Source: Mayamaea pseudoterrestris
Lineage: Eukaryota
Reading direction: 5' to 3'
Assembly: GCA_027923505.1 (NCBI GenBank)
Contig: BROI01000017.1
Location: 248,001-312,000 of the forward strand
Length of the DNA: 64,000 nucleotides
Shown: piece after piece, positions 1-10,352 of the stretch
Layout of the letters: every line of letters starts with the position of its first letter
How positions within the stretch are numbered: the stretch's first letter is position 1
Notes under the pieces: model-generated
What the model was told of the DNA's origin: nothing
Database searches by the model: none
The model's input: the letters and a program-made list of their open reading frames with translations, nothing else
Made by a program: the position numbers and the translations under genes

Positions 1-780
1 GGCATGCACCATGTACACATTGGCTGTCGCTGGACGTATTGGATCTTCCTGTGAGAGTATCGATGGTTCCGTCATGAACTGATAAAACTGATCGAGCTGG
101 TTTGACAACGAGGGAAACCTCATCATCTCTAATTTGTACGTGTTGGTTTTATTTCGTCGACGGACTGCGGCTGCCTGATTGACAACGACGGCTTTGTAGC
201 GTGGCTGCTGTCGCTCTGGAGAAATGTTTGTGTCTAACTCTCCTTTTGGGTCTTTTGTCGAACCAGTTTCCATGGCCTTCATCGTCGTATATTGCCGCGT
301 ACTTGTTGCCTGCTGCAATGGTTCCATGGGCAGCATTCTTTCCTCCGGTTCCTGTTCATGTCGCTCCAAAGCACTCATGACTACTGATCGTATCTGATTC
401 GCCATTAACGGATTGATTTGAAAGTCTCGTATGAGCATTTGCGAAACTTCGGCGGCATTCAAGCCTTGGCAGATGGCGAGCAAAGGACCAAATGAACCTT
501 GAACGGTGGTCGACGTTGATGAGTAGAGATTTAGAGCTTGGAGACTCTCTACAATAGTTACCTTTTCGTCTGCAGACCAATCATTTTGAATCAGTGCATC
601 ATAAAAAGGATCGGAGGCACTGGACAAGATGCAATTTGTTGATTGATGACGAAGAGAGCGTTTAGTAATTGGCGCTCCAAAACTTCTGTGGCTCGAATGA
701 CGAGCCTTGGTCGATATAGGCTGCAAATTCTTGAAAATTCGTGGAACTACAAACAATCCAATCCATAGCAACGGAATCAT
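1..780 (-). CDS. Uncharacterised protein, N-terminal part only (runs off the window start); possibly the algal family with a tyrosine-recombinase/integrase-like C-terminal region
   Basis: Hand translation of the minus strand from ATG 780 is open for 260 codons to base 1 (MIPLLWIGLFVV...LIRDFQINPLMANQIRSVVM...FYQFMTEPSILSQEDPIRPATANVYMVHA). It is absent from the ORF track because no stop lies in the window. The family guess is from memory of the FMTxPS..QExPIRxATAxVY motif only. Confidence 0.6.
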   Translation of the reverse strand, partial: MIPLLWIGLFVVPRIFKNLQPISTKARHSSHRSFGAPITKRSLRHQSTNCILSSASDPFYDALIQNDWSADEKVTIVESLQALNLYSSTSTTVQGSFGPLLAICQGLNAAEVSQMLIRDFQINPLMANQIRSVVMSALERHEQEPEERMLPMEPLQQATSTRQYTTMKAMETGSTKDPKGELDTNISPERQQPRYKAVVVNQAAAVRRRNKTNTYKLEMMRFPSLSNQLDQFYQFMTEPSILSQEDPIRPATANVYMVHA

Positions 781-1046
781 GGGCGCTTTTGCTAGGTTTA
801 AAAGGCTTACTAGCCGCGAAGGAAGCGACGTTTGATCATAGATCCAGCTGGTCGAATGCTTGTCGCGTTTCAATCCAACTGAGTACCGAAAAGATTAGTT
901 GACGTTTTGTGCGCTTGTCACGCTTCCACGCAATGGCGCGCCTTTGACGAAAGATCCTTGCTGATGCGGTGACTCATACTTGGAGCATTGACAAGACCAC
1001 AGGCTCTCTTTATTCATCTTAATATACAAGGGCAACCCTGACTCTC

Positions 1047-2123
1047 ATGTCCTCGATGCTCCTCTCCTTTCGTGCTTCACGTCTACTAGTATTGAGTTTG
1101 CTTGGAACGTCTGCAACTCACCGTGTCGCTGCCGCCTTTGTCGTTCCAACAGTTTCTTCGGCGCTCGTCGGAAGCAGCAGCTTTTCTCGCTCGTATCCAT
1201 CATATTCCACTACATCAAGACTATTTTCTTCTCAAGAAAAGAAAGCAGAGGAACCGCAGCATACAATCAGTAGCGACAAGGAGCAAGAAATGTCAGTCGA
1301 ACTCTCGGAACTCCAAGCCGCCTACCAGACGCACCAACAAAACGCGCCCAGGCTCTCCCACGCGCAGGAGGTAAGAAGCCTTGTGGCGTACAATCACGGG
1401 TTTGCCGTACTGAGTACCTTTAGCAAGCACCATTCCGACTTTCCGGCGGGTGGCGTCGTGGCCTTTGCTCCCGATGAACAAGGAAGACCAATCATGGTCC
1501 TTTCCAACTTGAGCACGCACAAGCAAGACTTGAAAGTCAACAGCAAGTGTAGCTTGACAGTTGCTACCAAGGAATTCAAAGGATTGGCGGATGCCCGCGT
1601 CAATCTCATGGGGACTTGTCACGTTTTGGAGAGGGAAACGCCCGAGCACGCGCAAGCGAAGGAGTTTTTCCTCGCCAAGCATCCAGATAGTTTTTGGATC
1701 GAGTTTGGTGACTTTGATGTGATGCGAATGGATGTTGAACATGTTCGCTTCGTTGGAGGGTTTGCCCGCGTTGGAAGCATTTCTGCAGCCGACTATGCCA
1801 AGACGCAACCCGATTCCATTGCGGCGTTTGGCGGCCACGTGGCCAAGCACATGAACGACGATCACATGGAGGCAACCATTGCCATGGTGCAAGCCAATAT
1901 TCCAGGGATGAAAGATCCAAACAACAAGGTTACTTCTGCTGTCATTACATCGGTGGATTCCTTGGGCATGTACGTCAAGGTGACCCGCGAATCAGGCAGT
2001 GAACTGGGTCCGCAAACGTTCAAGGCCAGACTTCCGTTTCCTCGACAAGCCAAGGATCGAGGTGACGTCAAGGGTCTGATTGTTGAAATGACGCAGGCGT
2101 CTGCTCCGGCGGCAACGAGTTAG
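1047..2123 (+). CDS. Plastid-targeted HugZ/HOZ-like heme-binding protein (PNPOx-like split barrel + DUF2470)
   Basis: Signal peptide then AAA-FVVP cleavage motif and Ser-rich transit peptide. Motifs VLSTFS..FPAGGVVAFAPDEQGRPIMVLSNLSTHKQDL, LAKHPDSFWIEFGDF and HMNDDH closely parallel plant HOZ/GBP-type proteins. Confidence 0.8.
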   Translation: MSSMLLSFRASRLLVLSLLGTSATHRVAAAFVVPTVSSALVGSSSFSRSYPSYSTTSRLFSSQEKKAEEPQHTISSDKEQEMSVELSELQAAYQTHQQNAPRLSHAQEVRSLVAYNHGFAVLSTFSKHHSDFPAGGVVAFAPDEQGRPIMVLSNLSTHKQDLKVNSKCSLTVATKEFKGLADARVNLMGTCHVLERETPEHAQAKEFFLAKHPDSFWIEFGDFDVMRMDVEHVRFVGGFARVGSISAADYAKTQPDSIAAFGGHVAKHMNDDHMEATIAMVQANIPGMKDPNNKVTSAVITSVDSLGMYVKVTRESGSELGPQTFKARLPFPRQAKDRGDVKGLIVEMTQASAPAATS

Positions 2124-2264
2124 TGAGTTTATTTTAAGAAAGGAGGCTACAAGAGGCCACGCGTGAGCAAGCTAGGAAGCCAGCTTTAATTTACGACAAT
2201 GAAACGATCATCTGTTGCGGCTATTAACAAACTTATCTTCAATGAACAGCAATAAGTTCTATAT

Positions 2265-3119
2265 TTAGCTACCTCCTCCAACGTAGGCTTCTGCCGTCGG
2301 TCCAGTATTGACTGCAGCAACCGTCCGGCCCAAGTCATCTCCAAGCGCATTCACTTGCTCCTGCAGCTGCGCTCGAAAGTAGAATTGTCGCAGCTTGTCG
2401 TCACGCATGTTGAAGGATCCCCGAGATCGAGCTGGAATCTGTGGCGCCGATTCAATCCACGCAAGGAAGCGATTTACATGATCGCAAGCAAGTCGCTCGG
2501 CGGTGGATGCGTCCAAACCACCGACGGCGAAGCGTGCCGGTGAATGCAAAAGGCGATGCTCAAACTCGATTGGCGGTGACAAGGCCTGTCCAGAAGCGTG
2601 CGCCTGCTTCCAAGCTGCTTGCACGTTTTCATTGTAGTAGGTTTGCAAGTATTGCGGGTCAGCTCCCATTACGTTTGGTCCGCGCGGAACATAGTCGGCC
2701 GTGACGTGGTAGCCATTCGAGCCGCTCCCAAACGTTAGCAGACAATGAGGAACATCGTAGCTTGGTCCCATCCAAACGTTCAAGGTCAAGTCTTCCTGCT
2801 GGCCGTCTTGGCGTGTCAAGTAGCTGACGCCAGTCAAGAATTGAGGATTGGCTTCCGACAGCCAAGCGGCTGTTCCCGATGCTCCACTCGATGACGACCA
2901 ACTAGACGCTCCAAAGCTATCGGTAAAATCTGTTACTTGCAGTCCAAGCTTTTGTGTCACTTGGTTGCAGAGTGAATCATGCAGTGGTCGGAGCGACATT
3001 TGAAGTGATGAGCATGAGGGAGACAATGCTTGTAGTTGCTGTGAGTTGCGCCATGATGGCGCGACAAAGGCTGTCGACGCTGACAAGCAGCCGTAGAGGA
3101 TAGCCGATCGAAGTCCCAT
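2265..3119 (-). CDS. Plastid-targeted red chlorophyll catabolite reductase-like protein (ferredoxin-dependent bilin reductase fold)
   Basis: STA-FVAP targeting motif. LNVWMGPSYDVPH, DYVPRG...YLQTYY, R...SP and RDDKLR motifs are typical of the RCCR family. Confidence 0.7.
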   Translation of the reverse strand: MGLRSAILYGCLSASTAFVAPSWRNSQQLQALSPSCSSLQMSLRPLHDSLCNQVTQKLGLQVTDFTDSFGASSWSSSSGASGTAAWLSEANPQFLTGVSYLTRQDGQQEDLTLNVWMGPSYDVPHCLLTFGSGSNGYHVTADYVPRGPNVMGADPQYLQTYYNENVQAAWKQAHASGQALSPPIEFEHRLLHSPARFAVGGLDASTAERLACDHVNRFLAWIESAPQIPARSRGSFNMRDDKLRQFYFRAQLQEQVNALGDDLGRTVAAVNTGPTAEAYVGGGS

Positions 3120-3340
3120 GTTTTTATAGACTACAAGGATTGGACACTTGCAAGTGAAAGGATCTTTGCGCCATGGTGACTGACGTTTGTCGTCGCGAAA
3201 CTTTTGCTCGACGTGTCACGCTTTGTCGCACTGTAACCACTACGACATCCGTTTTCGACTGTGAATCGCGCCATTCCACAATTTCGTTGATGGCTCCAAT
3301 CACGTCATTGAGGTGAAATCTTTAAACATTTGCCATCATT

Positions 3341-4585
3341 ATGAAGCTTCGACATGTTTATACCTCTATCATCTCACTGGGAATTGTCAGAGTTGATGGA
3401 TTTGCGCCTTTTCTGCCGATGAAACAGCAGACGCGACAGTCAATCGGTGCCTTCCATCCTCTTCAAATTCAAGCACATCAAAGTGATCAGCATGCCGATC
3501 GGCATTCACCATTTACATTCAAACTTAAGCCAGTAACAGCAACATCAAGCCGACAATACAACAAACATGGATTAGCGAGTACATTTCTCGCATTGTCTCT
3601 CATTTTCTCCTCCATCTTGTCGCCATTTCCAAGCTTTGCCGAAGAGCAACAGTATGATGGCTTTGCCAATTACGCCAAGGATAATCAAATGGAACAATCC
3701 GATGTTTCCTGCTTTGTCAAAAAGTGCGGAGATCAAACTCAGAAACTCTTTGCCAATCCGCGAGGTATCAAAGGTGTCGTTTGCCTCGGCAAGTGCAAGG
3801 GTGAGCAGTCATGCGCGACGCGCTGCTTCGCCGAGTATGGATCGGAACCACTCAACGACTGGTTGTCTTGTACGATTGAGGAAAACGAATGCGTCAAAGT
3901 GCCCAAAAACTTGGATAATTCCGCCGCAGACAAGGGATATCCAACGGCGATTCAAAATTTTGATCCAAAGTCATTGGTTGGCACTTGGTACAAGACGGAC
4001 GGTCTCAATCCAAACTATGACTTGTTTGACTGTCAATCGAACACGTTTCAACAAACGTCACCGAATGAACTTGACATGGGAATATTCTTTCGCGTCAAGC
4101 GACCAGCTGAATCTGGTGGAGGCTTCTGGGAGAATGCGCTTACGGAACACATGGTTGTGGACGAACCTTCCTCTGATCCGACAGTTTCGACAATGCATAC
4201 GTCGGGCAAAATGTACGGACTCACGTTTCAAGAGAATTGGTACATTTTGGGTGAATCAGATGGAAGTAAGGGAATTCCGCCATATAAGCTAGTTGCGTAC
4301 AAGGGCCACACGCTGCAGGGCAACTACGAGGGAGCCTTTGTCTATGCTAAGGAACGCATTCTCCCAGCTGCCGCCGTGCCGTCCGTCAAGGAAGCGGCAG
4401 CCAAGGCAGGCTTGGACTTTGACAAGTTTACGCGCATTGACAATACATGTCCCACGGGCAATGTATTGAATGACGCGCAAGCTGGAACTGGAACGTCGGG
4501 TACCGACTGGTTCGACTTGGTGGTTGGTGATGGCGGAGTATTGGAGTGGATATCACCAGGATGGAGAGGCGATTACAAAAAGTAA
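3341..4585 (+). CDS. VDL: Violaxanthin de-epoxidase-like protein (Cys-rich domain + lipocalin), plastid/thylakoid-lumen targeted
   Basis: VDG-FAP signal/transit, then a second hydrophobic lumenal signal ending PSFA-EE. Cys-rich block CFVKKC...CLGKCKGEQSCATRCFAEYGSEPLNDWLSCTIEENECV; lipocalin GTWYKTDGLNPNYDLFDCQ; YEGAFVY. No Glu-rich VDE tail. Whether it is VDL1 or VDL2 is not resolved. Confidence 0.85.
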   Translation: MKLRHVYTSIISLGIVRVDGFAPFLPMKQQTRQSIGAFHPLQIQAHQSDQHADRHSPFTFKLKPVTATSSRQYNKHGLASTFLALSLIFSSILSPFPSFAEEQQYDGFANYAKDNQMEQSDVSCFVKKCGDQTQKLFANPRGIKGVVCLGKCKGEQSCATRCFAEYGSEPLNDWLSCTIEENECVKVPKNLDNSAADKGYPTAIQNFDPKSLVGTWYKTDGLNPNYDLFDCQSNTFQQTSPNELDMGIFFRVKRPAESGGGFWENALTEHMVVDEPSSDPTVSTMHTSGKMYGLTFQENWYILGESDGSKGIPPYKLVAYKGHTLQGNYEGAFVYAKERILPAAAVPSVKEAAAKAGLDFDKFTRIDNTCPTGNVLNDAQAGTGTSGTDWFDLVVGDGGVLEWISPGWRGDYKK

Positions 4586-6738
4586 CTAGTAATGATGCTT
4601 GCTATATCACTTGTTTATCCGTCATGCGCGTATAGATAGTTATGAATCAACAGCGTCCGCGAAAATTGCGACACTTGAATCACTACTTCCGATGAATCGA
4701 CAAAAGGTCACGAATGGTTTCTTCGCATGGCCTATGAATTGCAGCAAGGTTGAACGGTCGTTGCTTTACCTTATTTCAGTCTTTTCGGCTGTATGTAAAG
4801 AGGTTAATCAATATCCGAATCGCCACTTCGATGCTGGAGTCGATGCCGCAATATGCAGTGGCAAAGTGCCCTGTTCGTCGGACAAATTCACAGCCTTAGA
4901 TTTGTCACCACGAAACCTTCATCTTCATCATCGTCGTCGTCAATGGGATCCGGAGGCGACTTGCGAATCCCGTGATGACGAAGGTCTTGCTGCAAGATAT
5001 GGTTGCTACTGATCGTCGCCACTGGAACACTTTGTCAAACTCGACCAGAGCGACTTGGCCTGCTTTGAAGTCACCAGGCGTATCGGCATCGTTATCAAGT
5101 AGTAAAGAAGGCAAATCCTGCGCACACAATACTTGATCGAATATCTTTGGCGACTCTGTTGACTCCCGTTCCCACGTTATAAACTCATCATAGGTCGCAG
5201 CTTTGTTTGCATCTGCCGATTGCTTGGCGTCTCGCCTTGACCATTGCCAATTGCCAGTGCATCACCTCCTGCAGTGGATCCTTAAATATCCTTGCCCATG
5301 CACTTCCACCTTTTGAGTTCCCTTGCCATGTAGCAAAGTCGTCAAACTTGTCACTAGCTTCAAACGGCGCATGTTCTGGATTTGATCGCATGTTGTTCGT
5401 GCATCGTTCTTTCACGACTTTTCAATCACACAATTATCGATCCGTTTTCACACTCATGTCGCAGCGTGACAAGCTGACGCCAGCCGCGCGAATGCGCCGA
5501 ACGCGGGGAATTGCATCGCTGGTCACATGACAAACATGCTCGATATAACAAGCTGTCGAACGAAGAACCCAGTGAGCGCCTTATGGTGTCGATAATCAAG
5601 ATTGGACAGTGGTCGTAAAGTGATCGTTGATCGTGTCATCAGGCTACTCTGATTGAAAGTGTACGAAAGGACCGAACTGGACAATTATTCCACACTCCCG
5701 CCAGCAAGATTCCTGGCTTGGCGAGTCCACTGACTACAAATTCACCATCATCATTCCATTCTTCATCATCTCTTACCAGCTGAAAATATGGGCTCCTCGG
5801 CATCAACACTCTCGCTTTCATCTTTGCGGCGCTTTACGATATAGTCAAGAAGTCATGAGATTCCTTCCGTCGTGCAAATTTGCATTGACGATCACTCGAT
5901 CCACAGCAATTTCGACGACGATGCATCACTAATCGAAAACCAAAGAGACGAGACCCAGACTGGCAACGATTTTTGGTGGGACAAATCTGATTTTGCCACG
6001 GGGATTCCAACGGAAGAGGAAGACGAAGCTGTCCTGGTGCAGTGCGCATGATGGAATATCCATTGTCGCTTGTCGCTTATCTGCACAAATTCTCCAAGCA
6101 TTGCTTCAGAAAAATACCTTTTCATACAGTTTTACATCGGAAAAGCCCATTTTGCCAGCCGCGTAAAATGTCACACTTCATAAAACAATCAATCATACTC
6201 ATACATTTTGTTATTGATGCTTTTTGTCTTGTTTTTCTAGCCATTAATGTGCGACTTTAACAGCATCCAAAGCATACGCATGCTCCTTTCGTGGTCTCCG
6301 ACAAGTGGGACCTTGTGCATGTCGGTGGCTCGTCACCTATCACCTACCGTAGGACTACGTAGTTTTGCCTGACTCATTGTGCGGGAGCCTTGCCAGGGCA
6401 TGGGCATTCTAGTGTAAGCTTTTTGACTTGGCTGTTTGGCCAAGGTCATGGAGTAGGCTTCCCGGCAGACCTTTTCTACATAGATGCCCTTGCACCTGTC
6501 AGTGGCAACTCGTTTTTGTTGGTGTGCTGATTGAAAGGTTTTGGGGAGCATCTGGCAGCGAATTTTTTATGTCGTGTCGCACTGAGTTCCAGTGCGACGC
6601 GTATCGGCAACGAAACGAGCCGAAGTCGCGCAGCAACGGAAAAGGAAGGCCGTCTCAAGTCTCAAGCCTCAAGCATGTCAGTAGAAGCGCTTCAATAATT
6701 CAATGATCTGCTTACCTTTAGTAAACTAGCAAGAAAGT

Positions 6739-8145
6739 ATGCTAACCAAGCCAGCCATGATGCGTAGTCGCTCGCATACATCGTCCGACGCTTGCAGCAG
6801 TCGGTCGAAACTCTTCCTTCCAGATCACCACGACGCAATCACCAAGGACGTTGCAGCGGGATGCGCAGTTACCATTGACGCTTTTTCCTACCAAAGCGAC
6901 GACGAGCCGCTTCGTGTCGTTCCATTTTTCGAGATTCAATCTCCGCTGGAAAAGAAGCGACGATTGGGACGCTACATTCGCAATGCTCATTCCTCGCGCG
7001 CCACGGCGAGCTATTCGCAGACTCCTTCCGAAAGTCGCTCACTGCGATTGCTACAATGGAGTTGCTTATTTCCCAGAGAAATCTGTTTCGAATTAGATCA
7101 AGAATGCCTATCTGGTGATTTGATTCTTTTTGACCCGACCGAGCCGCTACTCTACGGAGAATTGGACGGACGTCAAGATCCTATCCTTGTGCAAGCAGCG
7201 CATCTTTTCCATGTACTGCTTGAGGAGCATCGCTACATTTGCATGGCGCGCCGGGAAGCTGACGATGAAGACTTGAATGCTGCTGTTGACGAGACTCTTG
7301 GTTGCATAATAGCCTTGCTGCGCGAGTGTCCGTGCGTGGCGCAAGTTCTTTATCCGCTTCCGAGCGAGTTTTGGATGGATAAGAATGAATGCTTCTGCTT
7401 TCCGCTGGTTCATTTTTGCGTCACCAACTGTCTTGCAGGACTCTCGGCATGCTATCACGCCTTTCCAGAAGCAATAGGGTGTACAGTGCACGGTTGGCTG
7501 CCCCTTCACTTTGCTGCGAAACATTCCACTTATTCAGTTGTCCAGTTTTTGCTTGAAAGGTTTCCCAATGCCGCTCGTCGGACACACACTCGGACGCACA
7601 AGACGCCACTGCACATTGCCTGTCAGCGACATGATCCGAATGCCAAGAGTAGTATTATTCGAAGAATCATGCAGCAGTATCCAACGGCGCTTCAGCTTGC
7701 CGATCGACATGGCTGGGTTCCGGTGCATCATTTATGCGCATGCAAGTCGACTGATGTCTACTTGCTGCAAATGGTAATTGAAGCCAGTCCAACAACGATA
7801 CGAGCAACGACGCGTCAATTGGAGCTACCCTTACATATTTTTTGCCGCCAAGGATCTGCGCGAATCGATTCGATGCACTATTTGCTCAACTCGGTGCATG
7901 CTCCTTCGTTGCAAGCTAATGCAACGGATCTGGACCAAAATAACATTTTACACTGCATTGCGAATAACTCGAGTGCAACCGCTGATGCTGTAAAATATCT
8001 TCTTGCTGCGACTGCAAAAGGTAGATTTGGTCGAGAAAAGCTGTTGGAATGTCTAAATATGGACGGCGACAGGCCAATTGACATTGCCAAGAGGATGCCT
8101 ACTGGCGATGCAAAGTCAAACATTGATCAACTCTTAAGCACTTGA
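6739..8145 (+). CDS. Ankyrin-repeat protein
   Basis: Repeated GWLPLHFAA, KTPLHIAC, GWVPVHHLC, LPLHIFC, NNILHCIA and GDRPIDIA motifs. Confidence 0.85.
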   Translation: MLTKPAMMRSRSHTSSDACSSRSKLFLPDHHDAITKDVAAGCAVTIDAFSYQSDDEPLRVVPFFEIQSPLEKKRRLGRYIRNAHSSRATASYSQTPSESRSLRLLQWSCLFPREICFELDQECLSGDLILFDPTEPLLYGELDGRQDPILVQAAHLFHVLLEEHRYICMARREADDEDLNAAVDETLGCIIALLRECPCVAQVLYPLPSEFWMDKNECFCFPLVHFCVTNCLAGLSACYHAFPEAIGCTVHGWLPLHFAAKHSTYSVVQFLLERFPNAARRTHTRTHKTPLHIACQRHDPNAKSSIIRRIMQQYPTALQLADRHGWVPVHHLCACKSTDVYLLQMVIEASPTTIRATTRQLELPLHIFCRQGSARIDSMHYLLNSVHAPSLQANATDLDQNNILHCIANNSSATADAVKYLLAATAKGRFGREKLLECLNMDGDRPIDIAKRMPTGDAKSNIDQLLST

Positions 8146-8378
8146 GTACAATCATCTTCTGTGCGATTATGTGATGCAATAGACGGCCACCTGCCACAAT
8201 CGCATTAATGGTGACATATACATATGCACTATTAGCTCTACCTATTATGCAATTATTTTATGAACTTAAAAAGATTTATGATTGTCGTACGGTACGATTC
8301 TGCCTATTTCGTAGCTGCATCGCTGCCCAGCTATGCTGCTTCCAGCGTCAGCGGCAAAGGAATCGGCACGCACCATGA

Positions 8379-10028
8379 TTATTGAGTTGGCTCATCTTTT
8401 ACGGCTCCATCTGTCATGGACGCCTGAGCTGAAAAGGCAGATGGAGCAGAGAGCTCCGGTGCGCGAAAATTAAAAAGGCTTACACTGGAGCATATAGCTC
8501 CGTCGGGAGTTTCAGCCGATACAGCGGACACCAAATTGTAATCGCGAGGAATGGTAAGATCGACAGTGATGTCGAAGTTATATGCAGTAGCTTGCCCAAT
8601 TTGCAGGTCATCTCCAGCGACAATGTCGGTCAAGTTGAAAGTCCTAATGTTGCTCTGTGTAGCCAAACTCACTAGCTCCACGTTTGATGCGCTCGTCGTC
8701 GGCACTCTGACTTGCTGCATTACTGTCAAATCCTCAAAGGCGTTCGTTGCAGCTCCATTGATAGTAAATCCAATCACTTGAGATGCGCCAAATTGTGATT
8801 TAAGCCGCAGCGGCTCCGAGCAGTCGCCTACGTACACTAACGACTGGAGCACATTGCCTGGCGACACGTCATCCGATCGGTAGATGACAATGCTTTGTGA
8901 CGAACCCAGCGTTCCTCCGTTTGGATTTTGAATGATAAAATCTTGTCCTACTCGCACAAATCCACTGAAATACACTATCTGCCGAAACTGAACCATGACG
9001 TAGACCCGTGTACCGGGCGCTCGAGATATCGTACCAAAATCAAAGCAGACAAAGTCTTGAGGCGTCTGCGAATCAGCACAGGTGCCACCTTCAAGTCGCA
9101 TGACAATCTGCGTTGGCGTGTCGGAGCAGACTGGACTGATAATCGGCAAACTCTCGCACTCTTCACATCGAGTATCCAATTCAATTTCACAGGTGGCAGC
9201 CGCTGTTGGAGATCTGAATGGTCGATCTGTCGGAACTTCCGTTGAACGCCGCGTCGGACGAGAAGTCACTGGGCCCACAGTTGGTCGCTTTGTCGCTGGC
9301 GGCACGGTTGGCCTGCTAGTGGGTCTTTTAGTTTGTGTCACAGGCGTAAAAGACGGTGATCGCGTTGGCAGTGCTGATATAGGAGTAGGTGATGGTGTAC
9401 TGGTCGGAGGTTGAAATATCACTGGGGCACCCGTTTTCGAAACTCTCGATGGGCTGCCAGTCGCAGGAGCATCGGATGGCCGTCTATTTGGACTGACAGA
9501 CGGAATCTGGCCCGGCTTTGCTGATGGGGCAATGCTTGTCGGAGTTTTCGTTCTGGGAGAATTTGTTGGCCTGTTCGTCCGAGGGGGAGTCGTCGGACGA
9601 GGCGTCACACGCGGTCGGCTTGGTCGCTTCGTGGGCGGAGCATTTGTCGGTTCCATTGTCGGAAAAGATGTTGGTAAGTAGGAGGGTCTACCTGATTGTG
9701 GTGCTTCTGTTTGTTTTGTCGGAGCAACTGTCTTAATTGGTCTAGGCGTTGGTCGAGGAGTCGGCCGCTTCGTTCTTCGTTTTGCCGATGGAGCGCTCGT
9801 CGGCATAGACATTGATTCTACACCCAATAGATTGGTGATAGGATTTATGAACGCTTCCAACGAGTCGTCAAATACAGGAGCTATCAGCTCTTGGTGGACT
9901 CGCAAGTTCCGTTGGCGTCGCATTCTACCTGAAAACGTGAGTTGTTCTTCCGCTGTCACACTCTCCCCTCGGACGACTGCTGCAATCGCAGCGTCGCAAA
10001 TTAGAAATGTAAGGAAGTGTAGTTTCAT
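8379..10028 (-). CDS. Secreted Pro/Thr/Arg-rich (mucin-like) protein with a C-terminal Cys-containing diatom-type domain
   Basis: Likely start MKLHFLTFLICDAAIAAVVRG (signal peptide), followed by RRQRNL and SMSM motifs and many TKRP/TPRP/TxxP repeats. Then a globular domain PTQIVMRLEGGTC...CFDFG...DCSEPLRLKSQFGASQVIGF. Confidence 0.8.
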   Translation of the reverse strand: MKLHFLTFLICDAAIAAVVRGESVTAEEQLTFSGRMRRQRNLRVHQELIAPVFDDSLEAFINPITNLLGVESMSMPTSAPSAKRRTKRPTPRPTPRPIKTVAPTKQTEAPQSGRPSYLPTSFPTMEPTNAPPTKRPSRPRVTPRPTTPPRTNRPTNSPRTKTPTSIAPSAKPGQIPSVSPNRRPSDAPATGSPSRVSKTGAPVIFQPPTSTPSPTPISALPTRSPSFTPVTQTKRPTSRPTVPPATKRPTVGPVTSRPTRRSTEVPTDRPFRSPTAAATCEIELDTRCEECESLPIISPVCSDTPTQIVMRLEGGTCADSQTPQDFVCFDFGTISRAPGTRVYVMVQFRQIVYFSGFVRVGQDFIIQNPNGGTLGSSQSIVIYRSDDVSPGNVLQSLVYVGDCSEPLRLKSQFGASQVIGFTINGAATNAFEDLTVMQQVRVPTTSASNVELVSLATQSNIRTFNLTDIVAGDDLQIGQATAYNFDITVDLTIPRDYNLVSAVSAETPDGAICSSVSLFNFRAPELSAPSAFSAQASMTDGAVKDEPTQ

Positions 10029-10352
10029 GGTAAATTTTGGATGTCCATTTGCTGTCAGCGGAATGCTTGCTGTATTCACAGTTGTTTCCTTGCTGCTGGA
10101 TCCGTGGAACATGAGCAAGCGCGAGAGGTGCGCCATGTCGGGTGGAGGCTCGCCAAAACGTTTTTAAATTTAGTCTTGCACCTTCTGGCTGCCGTGCTCT
10201 GTAAAAACTAGCTATCTGCATCTTGTACCGTCAAGTTGAAAAGTCCGACGACGAGCAGTCGCGCGCTGGTTGGCACCCTTTATTCTCGAGTAATAAACAT
10301 CGAATCAATAATCTGACTAGTAGAAACGATACTTCAATATATGTTTCATCGT

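Larger units (their letters stand above)
6646..10352. repeat. Segmental duplication copy 1 (ankyrin gene + Pro/Thr-rich secreted protein gene)
   Basis: Near-identical to 11602-15202; both start aaggccgtctcaagtctcaagcc. Similarity becomes indel-rich over the last ~250 bp. Confidence 0.95.

Noticed and set aside
9200..9800. Repetitive DNA suggestive of an array
   Set aside because: Explained by Pro/Thr coding repeats; no repeat-spacer structure, so not CRISPR-like.
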